Source: Octopus vulgaris
Taxonomy: Eukaryota
DNA: 64,000 bases
Assembly (NCBI GenBank): GCA_951406725.2
Contig: OX597839.1
Span: 6,262,001-6,326,000, forward strand
Direction: 5' to 3'
Under the pieces are notes generated by a model that saw nothing but the letters and a program-made list of their open reading frames with translations, ran no database searches and had not been told where the DNA came from. Positions 58,008 to 64,000 of the stretch are shown here, piece by piece (within the stretch, counting starts at the first letter, position 1; each line of letters starts with the position of its first letter). Both the position numbers and the translations under genes were made by a program.

Positions 58008-58080
58008 TGGCTGGTCGGCTGAGTGGATAAGGTGCTAGACTAGTGACCCAAGAAAGGTCACGGATTCAAAACTAGTCATT
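58008..58080 (+). pseudogene. Degenerate tRNA-like sequence (old SINE head or tRNA pseudogene)
   Basis: A-box-like GGCTGAGTGGATAAGG and B-box-like GGATTCAAAAC at tRNA spacing; stems are imperfect. Confidence 0.35.
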
Positions 58081-58479
58081 CTAAGCCCTGCCACGCCATG
58101 TCGTGACGTGCCACAACAATCCCAACGCATGCCACCTTCCCTGTCTGCATGTCTGTCTGTGTGTCTCTCAGACATGGACAAGGGAGCATACTCTGATTGG
58201 CTTCTTTCGTGTCTCTAACAGTGTGACATCAAAACTAGGTGTCATGCTGTCCTTATAAGATCGCAACTAACCAAATCCATGATTGAAATTAGGGATATTT
58301 GACTGCTGTTTCTGTTTCTGTTTAGTGACTGTGTCGTAATTTCTAACTGGAAGAGACCCTCACCTGTATTTATAATTGAAAGCCTTCATGAAGTTAAAAT
58401 ATGGGGAGGAAAAAAATACAATTTCCTTCTTAATACCAAAATAATTTAAAAGTCAGAAAATAAAATTTTCCTCATTACA

Positions 58480-58642
58480 GGCGTAGGAGTGGCTGTGTGG
58501 TAAGTAGCTTGCTTACGAACCACATGGTTCCGGGTTCAGTCCCACTGCGTGGCACCTTGGGCAAGTGTCTTCTACTATAGCCTCGGGCCGACCAAAGCCT
58601 TGTGAGTGGATTTGGTAGACGGAAACTGAAAGAAGCCCGTCG

Positions 58643-58685
<43 letters not shown>

Positions 58686-58929
58686 TTGTGTGTTGTGTTT
58701 CTTCCCCCCACCACCACCACCACCAACATCGCTTGACAATCGATGTTGGTGTGTTTACGTCTCCGTAACTTAGCGGTTCGGCAAAAAGAGACCGATAGAA
58801 TAAGTAGTAGGCTTACAAAGAATATGTCCTGGGGGGGGGGGAGTCGATTTGCTCGACCGACTAAAGGCGGTGCTCCAGCATGGCCACACAGTCAAATGAC
58901 TGAAACAAGTAAATGAGTAAAAAATGAGT
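58480..58929 (+). mobile_element. SINE-A, full length, with a 6-7 bp TSD
   Basis: ATTACAG at 58474-58480 and 58930-58936. Confidence 0.94.
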
Positions 58930-59873
58930 ATTACAGATGCTTCCTTCCTTCCTAAGTCCTCGCAGTTGGCCCCTGTGAATAAAAGCAGTTTGCTTGATTG
59001 TGTTCTTAGCATAGTAGCAAGTTCGTTGGCTCGATAAAAATGCTAAGTGTAATCTAACTCATGACAAACCAGCCAAATCTCTAGATAATACTTTTTATTT
59101 CTTTTCGTCTTAAATTAGCTGCGTGGTCTAGTCTCGTTTTGCGTCCTTTCGTTGAAGATGTTGCATCTGTGTATTCTCTGATTGTCAAACACATTTGCCA
59201 TTTCACCCTTGTTATATTTGGTTGCTCTCTCACACGATTGGTTTACTTTTCTCTCTTCCTTCCTTCTGCTTAATATCTCAGCATCTCCCCCCCCCCATCT
59301 CTCACTGATTGTTTGAGTTTATAATCGATGCTAAAATTCTTTCTTTTGATCACTTGTCTCCAACCAATCTTTGGATAACGCTTCCATTTTTCCCCGTGTT
59401 TATTCATTATTTTTAAAGGCAATATTTCATCTTTCTCCTTTTGTCCGGTCTTTAGCCAACGCACCAATGTCCCAGTTCCCACTCTCTTTCCCCTCCTTTG
59501 CCCTCATGTTACACCACCAACACCTTCCAACACTCGTCCCCCTACCCATATTGTTTCGTCTTTAAACCACTAACCGCACATCACTTTTCCATTGTCTATT
59601 CTTTAACCGCATCTCACCATTTTTCTATTGTCCGCTCTTCAGATTCTTTCTCTGCTTACAAGTCCAGCCTTTAGCCTGGCACAACTATTTCCATAACATC
59701 TGGTCTTTTCACCTTACACCAATTCATCGATTACTCCTCATTCTTCCACCATCATCAGCATCGTTCAATAAACAGTCATTCAGCTATACATAATTGTGTC
59801 ATATCATAAAACCATATCTAACATCAACCGCACTGTGCGTATGTGAGTTGATATAGTTCTGTAGAGTCTAGAG

Positions 59874-60490
59874 CAGTGATTCTAAACCAATTCTTACTTA
59901 TGGACCTCTTCGATTCTTATTTTACTCGAATGCACACTCCTAGCCATTTGCAATTTAAAAGAAAATCAGGCATGATTGTGCGGCAAGGAGCTTTCTTCCC
60001 AACAACATGGTTCTGGGTTCAGACCCACTGCATGGCACCTTGGGCAAGTGTCTTCAACTATAGCCTCGGGCCGATCAAGGCCTTGCGAGTGGATTTGGCA
60101 GACGGAAACTGAAAGAAGCCCGTCGCGTATATATTTATATATATATATATCGGGGGTCCCCACCACCACCACCGCCGCTTGAGAACCGTTGTCGGTGTGT
60201 TTACTTCCCCGTAACCTAGCTGTTCGGCAAAAGAGACCGATAAAATAAATACTAGACTTTAAAAATGTCGATATATTCGACTAAAACACCCTCAAGGCAG
60301 TGCCTCAGCATGGCCACAGTCAAATGACTGAAACAAGTAAAAAAAAAAGACAAATACAAGATATTCATATAATCAAATATTATAAGAAATTGTATTTTAA
60401 AAATTGTTAAAATATTTTGTGCATCGCAGAAATATAACCAATTTATTGGAGAACTCCCAAGGGTCGTATGAACTCCGATCTAGAACATCG
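59874..60490. mobile_element. hAT-Charlie-like MITE interrupted by SINE-A (about 59967-60350, +)
   Basis: Left end GTCTAGAG|CAGTGATTCTAAACC; both flanks of the SINE align to the reverse complement of 37533-37793. Confidence 0.78.
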
Positions 60491-60762
60491 TTACTCGGAA
60501 CATCATACTTCATTTTTTTATATATTTTTTGTTTTTTTTTTTGTTTTTACAGTCAACCGACAATGCGGTGACAAATCCTTTAATTTCTGTAGGGAAACAG
60601 ATGTTGCGACATCGTCCGTCGATTGCTCAAAATTACCTAAGTATGAAACTTCGAAATCATTTTTCTAGGACCATATCAAGCCCTAACTAATACATATGCT
60701 TCATTTTATTATTGCATTGAGTATTCTTGCTTATTTTTAGACTTCTGCAAATCATTTTACCG

Positions 60763-60820
<58 letters not shown>

Positions 60821-61109
60821 TGCTTCTACGAGCACATGAGAAAATCATCGCATTCCTTGTTTGATTCTTATGTTTATTACTTTTAATTATACATACCCCA
60901 ATCGCATCCCTTTTCCCACCCCACCCCACACGGTTCTTTTTATCTTATTTAAATAAACAATTCTTCCATCCGCAGAGGAAATGTAAAAACAACTTTCCAC
61001 TGGGGAATAATGGAACAAACATGTCTTTAGACTAAACAGACGCACGCAAACACACACACACACACATGCACACAAGCGTGCACACATGCTTTAATTAATT
61101 GTATATACT

Positions 61110-61505
<396 letters not shown>

Positions 61506-63737
61506 TCGTATCCAAAGTCTTAATGGTAAGTAGTCTCACCAGGCAGACACATATGTACGTTAGTCCCAGATGAACACGACGGTACCATGTCGGTATGCTG
61601 TTAAGATAAAGAGTCAACAGTTACATTAAACGTAAGGTTAAGGTTTGAGAAGAAGAAAAAAGGTGTAACGGGTGGGGGCCAGAAGTGGAGGGCTTACAGC
61701 AAGAAAAACAGAACAGGAACCCAAGTAACCTAACAAGCAATGTAATCTGCAGATATCAAGTACGACATAATTACAAAGCGGGTACATATGTAGCTCATGT
61801 ATTTTATGCACATATATATATATATACACGTTCATACGTACGTACATACAACTTACGTATGTTTGTACGCCTGTGTAACATGCAATGGCGTAACGAAAGC
61901 TAGAGTTGTTGAAGCAACGTTTGTGAAAAAGAAAAGTGGTTGGTTAGACGGAATCTGGTCGGGAGTTCTTAGAAGCGTCGGGGAGTGAACGTGTTGTTGT
62001 GATTGATGATGATGATGATGATGTTGGCCGTTGTGTGTGTGTGTGTGTGTGTGTGTGTGTCTTGTGTGATGCCAGCGTGTATTGCATGTTGTGGCAGAGA
62101 GCCAAAACAATATTACTTTAAGAGCAAGGCGCGACGAAGCCGAGACATATTGACAGAGCTTCCAGATGTGTTAGTGTGTGTGTGTGTGAGTGTGAGAGAG
62201 AGAGAGATAGAGACGGAGAAAAAGAGAAAGAGAGAGAGATAGAGTGAGATAGAGAGAGAGAGAGAGACGGAGAAAAAGAGAAAGAGAGAGAGATAGAGAG
62301 AGAGAGTGAGAGAGAGCCATATCCATTTTACACGCGAGCTAGAAAAAAATACATGACAACGATTAGAATCGCAACAAAGGTAGATTAGTGCAAATGGTTG
62401 CATTCTATTAAGGGGATTTTGACTGCAATATCTAGCAGGTCAAGCGGCGATGTGGAGACTGTAACGAAACTGGATAACGCCATTGTACAAGGTTTTTGAG
62501 ACAGGGGAAGTCGGTGTGGTTGCCGGAGGAGAGAAACTACTACACTTGAGAGCAGTGTCATAGTTCATACGCTTGGGATGAGATGTCAAGTCGTTGCTTC
62601 TGTTGTTATTTGGCGCCAGGTAACCCTGATAGAGCGGATCCTTCATAAAAGGCATTCTTTTATGTGCTCGGAACTCCCAAAATCCACGTCATTCAACTCG
62701 TCCATCACTATGACGATAAGGGTAGTATAAATTTGAGAAGTTTGACAGGTATTTCTAACAAGTCACTCGACCACGTAGAGACTCACTCGTTGGCTCGAGG
62801 GCCAGGAAGTCGTTGGCGTTCGATGGTAATAAATCTTCGTAAAAGAGGATTGGAAGGCAACATTAAGCATGCAAGAGAAGTTATGAAAAACGAACCTAAA
62901 GTGAAATAGAACAGGGATAAATATAGACAAACCAATGGAAGAAAGCACAGCAAAACAGGATATGGGTGGGGTTTTGACAGGTATAGACGATACGACTTGA
63001 AGATCTTGTTTTATTCTTTGTCCACCCTGGTTTTTTATGTTATTGGCTATATTATTTTTTATTATGTTATTCTTTTTATTGCATTTACTTATTTTTGTGT
63101 CGAATATCTGTTTAGCTTTGCACTTTTCTTGGTTTTGCATGTACGTCTAACAACTAGATGTTTTTTCCTAAATAGAATCTTTGTCACCTTTGATGCAATA
63201 GACAACAACAATAATAATAATAATTGCAACACTACCAAGAGCAGCTAAATACAAACAAAACTAAGGGTGTTAAGACAGTGATTTACGCTGAAGAGGTTGA
63301 ATGAATAATAAGCAAATATTTGAAAGTACAACGGGAAAACCTGAAGAAAATTAATAGTAAAAGAAACACAAATTAACAGAAGAAAAACACTAACAGTCAC
63401 CGTTTTCTTGTTAAGCACGAGGGTTTTGGAAGTGGCGCTGCTTTTAAGATGCTAATGGTGATCGTGATGGTGTTAAGGAGATTGATAGCTGTGGTTGTGG
63501 TGTTAAAGCTGTTGGTGTGGTGATACGGGTTTGTATGGTAGAGGTAGGTGGTAATCAACGTCATGTAGGTGGTGGTGTTGGTAGCGATGTTGATGGTACT
63601 AGTTGTGAAGAGGAGGCTGTAATCCATTACAGTATTTTTAATAGCTGCGATTAACTACGAAGTGGTGGGGAAAAAAAGGACAGAAAACAACATACCAGCA
63701 ACCACCAGCACCGGTAAGAACAGAGTTAGTATCGCTT

Positions 63738-64000
63738 TAGACTGCGGCCATGCTGGGGCACAACCTCAAAGCATTTTAATCGATTAAATCGACCTCATTA
63801 CTTCTTTTAATTTCTTTTCTTTTATCTATTTTTTTAAGGCCTGCTACTTATTCTATCGGTTTCGCTTGCCGAACCGTTACGTTACGAGCACGTAAGTAAA
63901 CCAACACCGGTTGTCAAACGGTGGTGGGGGAAAGACACACAAACACACACACACACAATGACAACCTTCTTTGTGTTTCCAAATCCACTCACAAGCCCTT
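63738..64000 (-). mobile_element. Diverged SINE-A, truncated by the window end
   Basis: GACTGCGGCCATGCTGGGGCAC...TACTTATTCTATCGG...CAAATCCACTCACAAG. Confidence 0.85.

Overview
Very repeat-rich animal DNA with no convincing protein-coding ORF. Every long ORF in the track is a translation of microsatellites, minisatellites or SINEs. The mix of tRNA-derived SINE families, a (GAT)n-tailed element and very long (TA)n/(CA)n/(AAT)n tracts strongly resembles an octopus genome; this is recognition from memory, not a search. Family labels SINE-A, SINE-B, element C and so on are my own working names. The window is probably intronic or intergenic, with two candidate minus-strand exons near 22.2-22.9 kb and a qualitative rise in CpG retention to their right. 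Most notable signals: (1) SINE-B copies joined three times at the same base of another SINE-B's head hairpin; (2) a bipartite CATAGG-N2-6-GYTATAAATG motif found four times on both strands; (3) an 86-bp perfect palindrome within (TA)n and a separate hammerhead-like remnant, both possibly Penelope-related; (4) closely spaced inverted SINE pairs; (5) several local template-switch duplications. Coordinates of degenerate repeats are approximate.
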